29,035 nt of DNA from Abditibacteriaceae bacterium (GCA_031425655.1 JANPJS010000177.1:1-29035); one strand, 5' to 3'. Positions 15,410-24,470 are shown, counted from the first letter of the stretch. Numbers and translations are program-made. Notes: generated by a model not told the origin, from the letters alone.

Positions 15410-17212
15410 TCACTCATTCACTTTCAGAATGCTGAGAAACGCTTCCTGCGGGATTTCGACGTTGCCGACTTGCTTCATGCGCTTTTTGCCTTCTTTTTGC
15501 TTTTCGAGCAACTTGCGCTTGCGCGAAATATCGCCGCCGTAGCATTTGGCGGTCACGTCTTTTCGCATCGCTGACAGGTTGGCCGAAGCGATGATTTTGG
15601 CGCCGATGGCGGCTTGAATGCGAATCTGGAAAAGCTGGCGCGTCAGCAATTCTTTCATTTTGTCGCAGATGATTTTGCTGCGCCCGTAAGCCTGATCGCG
15701 GTGGCAAATAAAGCTGAGCGCGTCCACGATTTCGTTGTTGATGAGAATGTCCACTTTCACAAGGGGCGACTGCTGAAAATCGGTTAACTCATAATCCATC
15801 GAAGCGTAACCGCGCGTGCGACTTTTCAGGCTGTCGAAGAAGTCCATAATCATCTCCGACAGCGGCAGCAAATAGGTGATGGTCACACGCCCGCCGGTCG
15901 AAGAAAATTCCATGTTTTTGTAGATGCCGCGTCGCTCTTCGGACAGTTCGAGGCAGGCGCCGACGTAATCGGGCGGCACGATGATGGTGGTAATCACCAT
16001 CGGCTCTTCGACGCGCTCAGTTTCGTGCGGAAGAGGCATTTTTGCCGGGTTGTCAATCTCGAAAACCTCGCCCGTCACGCGCGTGACGCGATAAATCACA
16101 CTCGGCGCCGTCGCAATGAGCGACAAATTGTATTCACGTTCCAGCCGCTCTTGCACGATGTCCATGTGCAAAAGTCCGAGAAATCCGCAGCGAAAACCAA
16201 AGCCCAGAGCCGGTGAAGAATCAGCCTGATATGTCAGAGAAGCGTCGTTGAGGCGCAGTTTGTCCAAAGCGTCGCGCAAATCCGTAAATTCGTCGGAATT
16301 AATGGGATAAAGGCCGCAAAAGACCATCGGTTTCGGCTCACGATAGCCGCCCAAAGCTTCGCTTGCCTGCCGCGCTGTTTCAGTCACGGTATCGCCGATG
16401 CGAACGTCGGCCACGTCTTTAATGCCCGCGATAATGTAGCCGGTTTCGCCCGCCGCGAGTTCTTTGGCGACGGTCATTTTCGGGCGAAAAACGCCGAGTT
16501 CGGTCAATTCCGCCTTCATGCCGCTGCCCATAAACGTCACGGATTGGCCCGCCTTGAGCGTGCCTTCCATGATGCGAACGTAGACGATAACGCCGCGATA
16601 AGCATCGTAAGTCGAGTCGAAAATCAAGGCTTTGAGTGGCGCACTCCGGTCGCCTTTGGGCGGTGGAATGCGCTCGACGATGGCTTCGAGCAAATCCGGC
16701 ACGCCTTCGCCGGTTTTGCCGCTCACGGTCATCGCACCGTCGGCGGGCAGGCCGACAATTTCTTCGACTTCGATGAGAACGCGCGCCGGATCGGAGTTGG
16801 GCAAATCAATTTTGTTGAGAACCGGAATGATTTCCAAGTCGCCCATGATCGCCAAATGCGCGTTGGCGACGGTTTGCGCTTCGACGCCCTGTGAGGCATC
16901 CACGACGAGCAGCGCGCCTTCGCAAGCGGCAAGGGCGCGCGAAACTTCGTAGGAAAAATCAACGTGGCCGGGCGTGTCAATCAGGTTGAGAATGTATTGC
17001 TGACCGTCGCGCGCGGTGTAATCGAGGCGCACGGCGCTGGCTTTGATGGTGATGCCGCGCTCGCGCTCCAAGTCCATCGAGTCGAGCATTTGCTCTTTCA
17101 TGTCGCGGTCGGCGACGGCGCTGGTCAGTTGAAGAATCCGGTCGGCGAGAGTGCTTTTACCGTGATCAATGTGGGCGATTATCGAAAAATTGCGTATTTG
17201 CTGTTGTTGCAC
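15410..17212 (-). CDS. lepA: Elongation factor 4 (LepA)
   Basis: [69 protein letters not shown] start, 600 aa. Confidence 0.99.
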   Translation of the reverse strand: MQQQQIRNFSIIAHIDHGKSTLADRILQLTSAVADRDMKEQMLDSMDLERERGITIKASAVRLDYTARDGQQYILNLIDTPGHVDFSYEVSRALAACEGALLVVDASQGVEAQTVANAHLAIMGDLEIIPVLNKIDLPNSDPARVLIEVEEIVGLPADGAMTVSGKTGEGVPDLLEAIVERIPPPKGDRSAPLKALIFDSTYDAYRGVIVYVRIMEGTLKAGQSVTFMGSGMKAELTELGVFRPKMTVAKELAAGETGYIIAGIKDVADVRIGDTVTETARQASEALGGYREPKPMVFCGLYPINSDEFTDLRDALDKLRLNDASLTYQADSSPALGFGFRCGFLGLLHMDIVQERLEREYNLSLIATAPSVIYRVTRVTGEVFEIDNPAKMPLPHETERVEEPMVITTIIVPPDYVGACLELSEERRGIYKNMEFSSTGGRVTITYLLPLSEMIMDFFDSLKSRTRGYASMDYELTDFQQSPLVKVDILINNEIVDALSFICHRDQAYGRSKIICDKMKELLTRQLFQIRIQAAIGAKIIASANLSAMRKDVTAKCYGGDISRKRKLLEKQKEGKKRMKQVGNVEIPQEAFLSILKVNE

Positions 17213-17255
17213 AATCGGAGTTTAATTGAATCTTGCGCGAAGACGCTTTTTCGTT

Positions 17256-17374
17256 TTTGTCTCACGCAAAGACGCCAAGGCGCCAAGATTAAGTTTTCAG
17301 GAAAGGCTTGGTTGAAAATACTTTAATGCTCTTGGCGCTCTTCTTTGCGACTTGGCGTCTTTGCGTGAGACAAA
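17256..17374. repeat. Inverted-repeat element with CGC(A/C)AAG sub-repeats upstream of lepA
   Basis: TTTGTCTCACGCAAAGACGCCAAG (17256-17279) is the perfect reverse complement of 17351-17374. AT-rich imperfect inner stem. Confidence 0.85.
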
Positions 17375-17380
17375 TCTGAG

Positions 17381-18124
17381 TTAATCCTTGCGGATTTTCA
17401 GCGCGATATTGTAGGAGAGTTTGCCAAACGGCGTGTGGAAATCCCACGCGCGCAATGTGCGCAACGCGCGGTAATCCTGCCAGTAAGAGCGCTTTTTGGA
17501 AAAGGCGTCGGAGATGTTTTCGACAGCGTAGAGCAGGGGATAAAGCATCAAACCGCCGAAATAAACCTGCTCGACTTGCCAGCCGTCGCCGAGAAGTTGG
17601 CGCAAATGCGCTTCGGTATAATGGCGATGCACGTCGTAGCGAAAATTCTCGTAAAACCTGCCGCCGCCGGGCTTGGGAATGTGCAGGCGCCGAATCGTGT
17701 CGAAAACGCGGTTAGTGACGTTATCGGGGTCGAGGAAGGCGAAAAGACCTTTGTGCGGCGTTGAAAGCAGCAGCGTGCCGCCGGGTTTAAGCACGCGATG
17801 AATCTCGCGCAGCGTGGCGCGGTCGTCGCGTGTGTGTTCCAAAACTTCGGTGCAGACGACGGACGCGAAAAATTCGTCGTCGAAAGGCAAAAGTTCGCCT
17901 TCGGCTTGGACGAAATTGACGTGGGGAAACTCGCGCCTCGCCCATTCGAGATTGCCTTCGTGATGGTCAATGCCGTAAGCAGGCGCGGCTTTTTTGGCCA
18001 GATGCTGCGTGAAAATGCCGTTGCCGCAGCCGACATCCAACACCGGCCCGCCTTCGGGCAGCCAATCGTAGAGCAAAGCGTAGCGATCCATCAATCGCTC
18101 GCGGTAAGTGACGGGAGTAGACAT
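17381..18124 (-). CDS. Class I SAM-dependent methyltransferase
   Basis: VLDVGCGNG, GID, LPFDDEFF..V..EVLEH, RVLKPGG. Confidence 0.93.
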   Translation of the reverse strand: MSTPVTYRERLMDRYALLYDWLPEGGPVLDVGCGNGIFTQHLAKKAAPAYGIDHHEGNLEWARREFPHVNFVQAEGELLPFDDEFFASVVCTEVLEHTRDDRATLREIHRVLKPGGTLLLSTPHKGLFAFLDPDNVTNRVFDTIRRLHIPKPGGGRFYENFRYDVHRHYTEAHLRQLLGDGWQVEQVYFGGLMLYPLLYAVENISDAFSKKRSYWQDYRALRTLRAWDFHTPFGKLSYNIALKIRKD

Positions 18125-18133
18125 GGTTACATG

Positions 18134-18171
18134 AAAAAGGAGGTGGAAATCCTGAGATTTCCACCTCCTTT
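18134..18171 (-). terminator. Intrinsic terminator-like hairpin after the prepilin genes
   Basis: 16-bp stem AAAGGAGGTGGAAATC / GATTTCCACCTCCTTT, 4-nt loop, T5 tract on the minus strand, 13 nt past the stop at 18185. Confidence 0.75.
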
Positions 18172-18184
18172 CAATTTTTGACGC

Positions 18185-19045
18185 TTAAGGAGCGGCGCAA
18201 CTGCCAAAGGGGCCGGTATTTGAACCGGCAGAAACCGGCTTGTGGACATTGAAGCCTTTAGCGGCATCGGAATTGAACTTCTTATCCCAGAAGCGAGGCT
18301 GCGAAGTCATGTCAACTTTGATGTCGGTCGCGGTGGGCGGTGCGCTATTGACCTTGATAGGCAATTTGGCAACAGGATAGAACTTTACATGACCATCGGC
18401 CAGCAACAGATTGCCGCCGCCATTGTGAAGTTCGGTGAGTGCGTCGGTGGAGGTGAACGACGTGCCCGGAGCGGAAGTAAAGAAGAATCCATCGTTGGCT
18501 TTTTCTTCGTCCACCAGCAAAATAATGTTTGCCGAATCAGTCGAGCCGATGGCCGAGTCTTTGATGCCGGCCAGTGCGCAGTTCATGGAATAAGTTGAAC
18601 CGGCCAAGTCTCCATCCTCGGTGGAAGGACAAATGTAGATTTGTGTGCTTTTGATGTAGGGATAAAGCGCACCCTTATCCACTTGAGCGACGATGCTGGT
18701 GAGGGTGTAGGGAGCAGCGGTCGTGCGCATTCCGTCGGTGACACCGTTGGCGCTACCGTTAATCCAGTGGCCACTACTTTCCGTGACATTAGTAGTGTTA
18801 GTCCACTTCTGAAATTGACCTGCGCCGGGGTAGCCCCGGTCGTAATCGGCTGAGTATTGCTGAAACCCCAAGCCCAATTGCTTCATGTTGTTCATGCAGC
18901 TCGTCTTCTTCGCGTTTTCGCGCGCCCGACTAAATGACGGGAAAAGAATAGCTGATAGCAACGCTATGATCGCTATGACGACCAAAAGCTCAATCAGCGT
19001 GAAGCCGCGTTTTTTCGTGTGAGTGTTTGAATAACGGTTCATCAT
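18185..19045 (-). CDS. Prepilin-type N-terminal cleavage/methylation protein with H-X9-DG motif (DUF1559-like)
   Basis: [52 protein letters not shown]. The start was moved from 19132 to ATG 19045 to give a normal short basic leader. Confidence 0.92.
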   Translation of the reverse strand: MMNRYSNTHTKKRGFTLIELLVVIAIIALLSAILFPSFSRARENAKKTSCMNNMKQLGLGFQQYSADYDRGYPGAGQFQKWTNTTNVTESSGHWINGSANGVTDGMRTTAAPYTLTSIVAQVDKGALYPYIKSTQIYICPSTEDGDLAGSTYSMNCALAGIKDSAIGSTDSANIILLVDEEKANDGFFFTSAPGTSFTSTDALTELHNGGGNLLLADGHVKFYPVAKLPIKVNSAPPTATDIKVDMTSQPRFWDKKFNSDAAKGFNVHKPVSAGSNTGPFGSCAAP

Positions 19046-19178
19046 GTCTTTGTCTTGAAACCTATCCTGTTTTTGAAGCGCAGCGCGTGGAACGTCGCGC
19101 GTCGTTGTTCTGTAAACAGACAGGTAGGCCATCAGAAAGTTGCGTGTTGCACATTATGCGCGCGGCCCTGGAATGGAC

Positions 19179-20042
19179 TTACGGCGCCACGCATGAACCG
19201 AATCCTGTGCTGGTGAAATAGCCGATGGGAGGCGCCGGAGGAACCGCGGGCGGCGTATTATTGAAAGGCAAATCCCAGAAACGCGGTGCGCCCGTAGTGC
19301 GGTTTTTGATGGCAGTGTTGCTCTGGCTCAGAGGATAGGATGTATAGGTATAAGCGCGCACATGGCCGTCGGCAAATAGAATGTTGCCCGAATTGAGGTG
19401 ATATTGCGCCATTGCGTCGGTCGAACCTGAAGGCGTAGGTGCGACCGGATTATCAATGTAAAAGAAGCCGTCGTTGCCGTAGGCTTCATCCACCAGCAGA
19501 TTGATGTCGGTGGCGTTTTTCATGCGCGAACGGTTGCTCATGCCTGCAATGGCGCAGTTCATCGAATACGATAAATTCTTGTCGTCCGCTCCGTAAGGGT
19601 CGGACGGGCAAACGTAAGTTTTGGCGCTTTTGACGTAAGGATAGAGCGCACCGCCTTGCACGTCGGCGACATGGGCGGTGCGCTCATCGGGTCTTGAAAC
19701 CAGAAAAAGAGCGCCGTCGGCACCGTCTGCGGGCATGGTGGCCGTGCCATTAGTGCCCTTGACCCAGTGCCCGCCGCTGCCCCATTTCTGAAACTGCCCG
19801 GCGCCGGGATAGCGGCTGTCGGCATCGGCCAGATATTGCTGAAAAGCCAAGCCCATTTGCTTCAAATTGTTCAGGCAAACGGTGCGCTGCCCGCCTTGTT
19901 TGACGCGATCAAGCACGGGAAAAAGCAGCGCGGCCAATAGCGCGATAACGCCGATGACGACGAGCAATTCGGCCAGAGTAAAGCCGAAACGCGAGGCGCG
20001 GCGGCCTGAAATGGGCAATTCGGGAAGATTTTGAAAACGCAT
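19179..20042 (-). CDS. Prepilin-type N-terminal cleavage/methylation protein with H-X9-DG motif (paralog of 18185-19045)
   Basis: FG|FTLAELLVVIGVIALLAALLFP, CLNNLKQMGL, HLNSGNILFADGHV. Confidence 0.92.
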   Translation of the reverse strand: MRFQNLPELPISGRRASRFGFTLAELLVVIGVIALLAALLFPVLDRVKQGGQRTVCLNNLKQMGLAFQQYLADADSRYPGAGQFQKWGSGGHWVKGTNGTATMPADGADGALFLVSRPDERTAHVADVQGGALYPYVKSAKTYVCPSDPYGADDKNLSYSMNCAIAGMSNRSRMKNATDINLLVDEAYGNDGFFYIDNPVAPTPSGSTDAMAQYHLNSGNILFADGHVRAYTYTSYPLSQSNTAIKNRTTGAPRFWDLPFNNTPPAVPPAPPIGYFTSTGFGSCVAP

Positions 20043-20150
20043 AAGGGTTCCTCGTGCGACAATTTATTACGGAGACAAATGAGGATCAATTTATAGTTGT
20101 AATGTTCATTTTACCCGGCAATCGCGCGATTAAACACTGGCGCGCTTTAA

Positions 20151-20368
20151 GAAGCTGTTTGGGAATAGCCATTAATCCTGAGTTGAGTCGCTCTTCAAGA
20201 GGATGCGGAGCTTCGCTTTCCTGCCCGGAGGGCACCCGAAACGGCTTTGAAGGCGCGGTTTTACAGAAAAAATCAGCGAAAACCCGCGCACAACGTCCGC
20301 GAAGCGAAGCTCCGCGCCCTATTGAAAGTGGCTCAACTCAGAATTAATGGCTATTCTCAGACCGCTTC
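20151..20368. mobile_element. MITE-like element with IS5-family-like ends, TAA target duplication and inner REP-like pair
   Basis: Terminal arms match 36/42 (GAAGCTGTTTGGGAATAGCC... / ...GGCTATTCTCAGACCGCTTC). TAA at 20148-20150 and 20369-20371. Inner perfect 14-bp pair at 20205-20218 / 20302-20315. Confidence 0.75.
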
Positions 20369-20408
20369 TAAGGGCGCAACGCAGGAGGCGGGAGCCGCGC
20401 GGCGTGCT

Positions 20409-20417
20409 TGATATAAT
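20409..20417 (+). promoter_or_regulatory. Extended -10 promoter (TGnTATAAT) for the rib operon
   Basis: TGATATAAT, a perfect consensus, 33 nt upstream of ATG 20451. Confidence 0.65.
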
Positions 20418-20450
20418 AGGTTGAGGCGTTCTCGGTTACTTTTTCGTGTC

Positions 20451-20918
20451 ATGGCTCCTCATCTGCCCCGTGTGATTTTCGCAACGCTGTGCGTCTTGGG
20501 CGCGTTGGCGATTGTCATTGTCGCGCTGCTCGAAATCGTGCGCGCGCGTCGGGGCGAAAGCCTGTTGGCGCCGTGGCATCTGCGTTTGCGTTTGATATCG
20601 GGCCTGATCTGGATTATTGCTCTGATTTCGCTGGCGATGGCGGTCACGGTGCAATGGCCGCCGCCTTACGCGACCGACAATCAGAAATTGCAGTTTCTGG
20701 CTTTAGTCAACGGTGTAATCATGCTGATGGCGCTGGGACTTTTGTTGGCCGGCGGCGATTATTGGGTTTTCTGGCGCAAGCGCCAGCGCATCGAAACCGC
20801 ACAGACCATTCGCTTCGCCGAGGAACTACGCGCCATGGCCGAAAGCGAAAGCGCGCGTTTGCGCGCCGAAAAGCGAGCGCAAAGCAACGGCACGCCGCCG
20901 AATTCTTCCCATGAGTGA
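20451..20918 (+). CDS. Hypothetical 3-TM membrane protein, first gene of the rib operon
   Basis: Three hydrophobic helices plus a charged tail. Overlaps ribD by 8 nt. ATG 20451 is preferred to TTG 20421, which is only 3 nt from the -10 box. Confidence 0.8.
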   Translation: MAPHLPRVIFATLCVLGALAIVIVALLEIVRARRGESLLAPWHLRLRLISGLIWIIALISLAMAVTVQWPPPYATDNQKLQFLALVNGVIMLMALGLLLAGGDYWVFWRKRQRIETAQTIRFAEELRAMAESESARLRAEKRAQSNGTPPNSSHE

Positions 20919-22062
20919 AAACACGCGCGACCTTGACGAAAAGTGGATGCGCGCGGCGATGCAGTGGTCGAAACGCGGCTTAGGCTGGACTTCACCGCGT
21001 CCCTCGGTCGGCTGCGTGTTGGTCAAAGACGGGCGCGTCATCGGCGGCGCGCACACGCAGCCGGGACACGGCAATCCGCACGCGGAAATCGGCGCTCTGA
21101 GCGCAGCGCGCGAAGCCGGCCACGAGACAGGCGGCGCGACGGCTTATGTGACGTTAGAGCCGTGCTGTCACTTCGGCACTACGCCGCCTTGCACACAGGC
21201 GCTGATTTCGGCGGGAATTGCGCGTGTTGTCTGCGGCGTGCTTGACCCAAATCCCGCCGTTAACGGGCACGGAATTAAGCAACTGCGCGCGGCGGGCATC
21301 GAAGTGCGCGCGAATTTCATGGCGATGGACTGCGCTCGCCTGCACGAGCAGTTTTTGGTGCATATTACGCAAAACCGGCCTTTTGTCACGCTGAAAAGCG
21401 CGGTTTCCTTAGATGGAAAAATCGCCGGGCCGAATGGCGAATCGAAGTGGATTACCGGCGAGGCATCGCGTCGTCGCGCGCATCAAATGCGCCACGAACA
21501 CGATGCGATTATCATCGGCATCGGCACTGCGTTAGCCGACGATCCGGCGCTGACGGTTCGTCTCGAAGGCAACTGGAAACAACCGGCGCGCGTCGTGCTG
21601 GATTCGCAGGCGCGTTTGCCGCTCGATTCGCAACTGGTGAAAAGCGCCGCGCAGTCGCCACTTTTCGTCGCCGTAAGCAAAAATGCGCCCGCCGAGCGCG
21701 TAGAGATGTTGGAAAATGCCGGCGCGCAAATACTGTGTTTGGAAGCGCCGGACGGCAAAATCGCGATTCCCGAACTGCTTTCGGCGCTTTACGCGCTGGA
21801 AATTTGCAGCGTGATGATCGAAGGCGGCGCGATGGCGGCGGGCGCGTTTTTAAGCGCTAATTTGGTTGACAAAGCGGCGTTTTTCGTGGCGCCACTGCTG
21901 GTCGGGCAGGGAATTTCGGCTCTGGGCGATTTCGCCGTTGCCAATTTTGAGGCCGCGCCGCGCCTGTGTGACGCGCAAACCGAGACGCACGGCGACGACG
22001 TGCTAATAACGGGCTACTTGAACGATTTGGTAACAAGGTTTGGTTCATGTTCAGCGGATTAG
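20911..22062 (+). CDS. ribD: Bifunctional pyrimidine deaminase/reductase RibD
   Basis: HAE, YVTLEPCCHFGTTPPC, KSAVSLDGKIA, SKWITG, DDPALTVR, IEGG. Confidence 0.98.
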   Translation: MSENTRDLDEKWMRAAMQWSKRGLGWTSPRPSVGCVLVKDGRVIGGAHTQPGHGNPHAEIGALSAAREAGHETGGATAYVTLEPCCHFGTTPPCTQALISAGIARVVCGVLDPNPAVNGHGIKQLRAAGIEVRANFMAMDCARLHEQFLVHITQNRPFVTLKSAVSLDGKIAGPNGESKWITGEASRRRAHQMRHEHDAIIIGIGTALADDPALTVRLEGNWKQPARVVLDSQARLPLDSQLVKSAAQSPLFVAVSKNAPAERVEMLENAGAQILCLEAPDGKIAIPELLSALYALEICSVMIEGGAMAAGAFLSANLVDKAAFFVAPLLVGQGISALGDFAVANFEAAPRLCDAQTETHGDDVLITGYLNDLVTRFGSCSAD

Positions 22063-22658
22063 TCGAGCGAATCGGCACGATTGAAGAAATCACGGCGCAT
22101 GGCGACGCGCGGCGAGTTGTGATTGGCGTAGCCGACGAGGATTATTTGCGCGAGGCACAAATCGGCGAAAGCATCGCCGTCAACGGTTGTTGCCTGACCG
22201 CGACTGAACTTGGCGCGCGGCATTTTGTGGCCGAGGCCATTGAAGAAACCATGCGCCGCACCACGCTGGGATTGAAAAGCGCCGGCTCGCAAGTCAATCT
22301 CGAACGCGCATTGCGCGCCGATGCACGATTGGGCGGGCATATTGTGCAAGGCCATGTTGACGGCGTGGCGAGTTGCGTTTTGTCGCGCGAAGAAGGCGAA
22401 GGCTGGTGGGTTTCGTTCGAGCCGCCCTCGGATTTGATGAAATACGTTGTGGAAAAAGGCTCGATTTGCGTGGACGGCGTTTCACTGACCGTCGCCAACG
22501 TCGCATACAGCCGTTTCAGCGTTGCCCTGATTCCGCACACGCGCGCCGTGACAACCGCCGGAGAATGGCAGCCCGGCGCGCAAGTCAACATCGAAGCCGA
22601 TATTTTAGCCAAACACGTCGAACGATTATTGCAATGGACAGCATCCAGTGAAAAGTGA
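22047..22658 (+). CDS. ribE: Riboflavin synthase (alpha chain)
   Basis: MFSGLVE, SIAVNGCCLT, VNLERAL, GGHIVQGHVDG, KGSICVDGVSLTV, LIPHT. Confidence 0.98.
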   Translation: MFSGLVERIGTIEEITAHGDARRVVIGVADEDYLREAQIGESIAVNGCCLTATELGARHFVAEAIEETMRRTTLGLKSAGSQVNLERALRADARLGGHIVQGHVDGVASCVLSREEGEGWWVSFEPPSDLMKYVVEKGSICVDGVSLTVANVAYSRFSVALIPHTRAVTTAGEWQPGAQVNIEADILAKHVERLLQWTASSEK

Positions 22659-22726
22659 TGAGTGAAAAGTGAAAAGTAACGGCTTCCGGCGCACTACTTT
22701 TCACTTTTTACTCATCACTTTTCACT
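22647..22726. repeat. Inverted heptamer-repeat element (AGTGAAA)n/(TTTCACT)n at the ribE-ribBA junction
   Basis: 22647-22678 pairs with 22695-22726, 31/32. Supplies the ribE stop codon. Confidence 0.9.
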
Positions 22727-22735
22727 TTTTTCACC

Positions 22736-24010
22736 ATGTTTTCAACGATTGAAGAAGCACTGAAAGACTTTCGCAACGGCAAATTCGTGCTGGTGGCGGA
22801 CGACGAAACGCGCGAAAACGAGGGCGACCTGATTATGGCCGCGCAGTTTGTAGACGCCAAAGCCGTCAATTTTTTGGCGCGTGAGGCGCGTGGTTTGGTC
22901 TGCGTGCCGATGGAAGGCAAGCGCCTTGATGAATTGCAACTCGGCCCGATGGCGCACTCGAACACCGACCGTCATGGCACGGCTTATACGATGAGCGTGG
23001 ACGCCAGTGTCGGCACCACGACCGGCATTTCCGCCGCCGACCGTGCGCGGGCCGTGCAAGCCCTGATTGACCCGCAAACGCGGCCTCTCGATCTGATGCG
23101 CCCCGGCCATACTTTTCCGCTGCGCGCCCGTGAAGGCGGCGTTTTAGTGCGTGCCGGACATACCGAAGCCGCTGTGGATTTGTGCCGCTTGGCCGGACTT
23201 TATCCCGCCGCCGTGATTTGCGAAGTGCTCAACGAAGCGGGCGATTCGGCGAATTTAGACGAGCTTCAAGTGATGGCCGAACAGCACGACATCAAGATCA
23301 TCACGATTGAAGAACTCATTCGCTATCGCCGCATGAACGAAAAATTGGTGCGGCGCGTGGCCGAAACCAAACTGCCGACGCAATGGGGCGAATTTCGCGT
23401 CGTGGCCTACGAAAGCGAACTCGACGGCACGCCGTATTTAGCTTTAGTCAAAGGCGAAGTTCATCCCGAAGAGCCGATTTTGGTGCGCGTCCATTCCGGT
23501 TGTCTGACCGGCGATGTGTTGGGTTCGCTGCGCTGCGATTGCGGCGATCAACTGCATGGCGCTTTGCAGCGCATCGCCGAAGCAGGCAGCGGCGTGTTGC
23601 TTTACATCGCGCAGCACGAAGGACGCGGCATCGGCATTCTCAATAAGCTGCGCGCCTATGAATTGCAAGACAAAGGCGCCGACACGGTTCAAGCGAATCA
23701 CGCGCTGGGTTTTGGCGCCGATTTGCGCGAATATGGCACCGGCGCGCAGGTTCTCACCGATTTAGGCGTGCGGAAAATGCGCCTGATGACGAACAATCCG
23801 GCCAAGCGCGTCGGCATGGAAGCGCACGGTTTGCACATCGTCGAGCGAGTGCCACTGTCGCCGCCGCCACACGAGCATAATCAAAGTTATCTCGACACCA
23901 AACGCGACAAAATGGGGCATTTGTTAGCGGACGGCAGTATGCAGGAGGCAGACGGCGGGAACCAACACCCAACACCCAACACCCAACACCCAAAGGACAG
24001 CAATGATTAA
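22736..24010 (+). CDS. ribBA: Bifunctional DHBP synthase / GTP cyclohydrolase II
   Basis: [57 protein letters not shown]. Confidence 0.98.
   Translation: MFSTIEEALKDFRNGKFVLVADDETRENEGDLIMAAQFVDAKAVNFLAREARGLVCVPMEGKRLDELQLGPMAHSNTDRHGTAYTMSVDASVGTTTGISAADRARAVQALIDPQTRPLDLMRPGHTFPLRAREGGVLVRAGHTEAAVDLCRLAGLYPAAVICEVLNEAGDSANLDELQVMAEQHDIKIITIEELIRYRRMNEKLVRRVAETKLPTQWGEFRVVAYESELDGTPYLALVKGEVHPEEPILVRVHSGCLTGDVLGSLRCDCGDQLHGALQRIAEAGSGVLLYIAQHEGRGIGILNKLRAYELQDKGADTVQANHALGFGADLREYGTGAQVLTDLGVRKMRLMTNNPAKRVGMEAHGLHIVERVPLSPPPHEHNQSYLDTKRDKMGHLLADGSMQEADGGNQHPTPNTQHPKDSND
23929..23993 (+). repeat. Two unlike heptamer tracts inside the ribBA 3' end
   Basis: GGACGGC-AGTATGC-AGGAGGC-AGACGGC (23929-23956), then (CCAACAC)x4 plus CCAA (23962-23993). 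Confidence 0.8.
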
Positions 24011-24470
24011 ACACGAAGGCGAATGGCGCGCGGGAAATCTGAAAGTCGGCATCGTGGTGGCGCGTTTCAACGAACTGATTACGAATCGTCTGCTCGAAGG
24101 CGCTGTGGAAACGTGGCGGCGCATCGGCGGCAGCGAAACTTCGCTCGAAGTGGCGTTCGTGCCCGGCGCTTTTGAACTGCCGCTCGTCGCCAAAACGATG
24201 GCCGCCAGTGGTCGCTTCGATGCCGTGATCTGCTTAGGCGCCGTCATCAAAGGCGCAACGGATCACTACGATTACGTTTGCGGCCAAACCGCGTCCGGCG
24301 TGATGCAGGCCGGACTCTCCACCAACGTCCCGGTCATCTTCGGCGTGCTGACGACCGACACCATCGAACAAGCACTTGAACGCGCCGGCACCAAAGCCGG
24401 CAACAAAGGCGCCGACGCCATTTTAGCCGCCGTCGAAACCGCGAATTTGCTGGCGAAATTGGGCGAGTAG
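24003..24470 (+). CDS. ribH: 6,7-dimethyl-8-ribityllumazine synthase
   Basis: [53 protein letters not shown]. Confidence 0.98.
   Translation: MIKHEGEWRAGNLKVGIVVARFNELITNRLLEGAVETWRRIGGSETSLEVAFVPGAFELPLVAKTMAASGRFDAVICLGAVIKGATDHYDYVCGQTASGVMQAGLSTNVPVIFGVLTTDTIEQALERAGTKAGNKGADAILAAVETANLLAKLGE

Noticed and set aside
13816..15536. DGR template/variable repeat pair
   Set aside because: Mismatches are not adenine-specific and are mostly synonymous, and no reverse transcriptase is in the window.
19046..19132. 29-aa N-terminal extension of the prepilin gene
   Set aside because: Class III leaders are short and basic; ATG 19045 gives a typical one.
20369..20450. FMN riboswitch before the rib operon
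   Set aside because: AGGGC is present, but the other conserved RFN blocks are missing and the leader is too short.
22647..23993. CRISPR array from the short repeats
   Set aside because: These are tandem 7-mers without unique spacers, and there are no cas genes.
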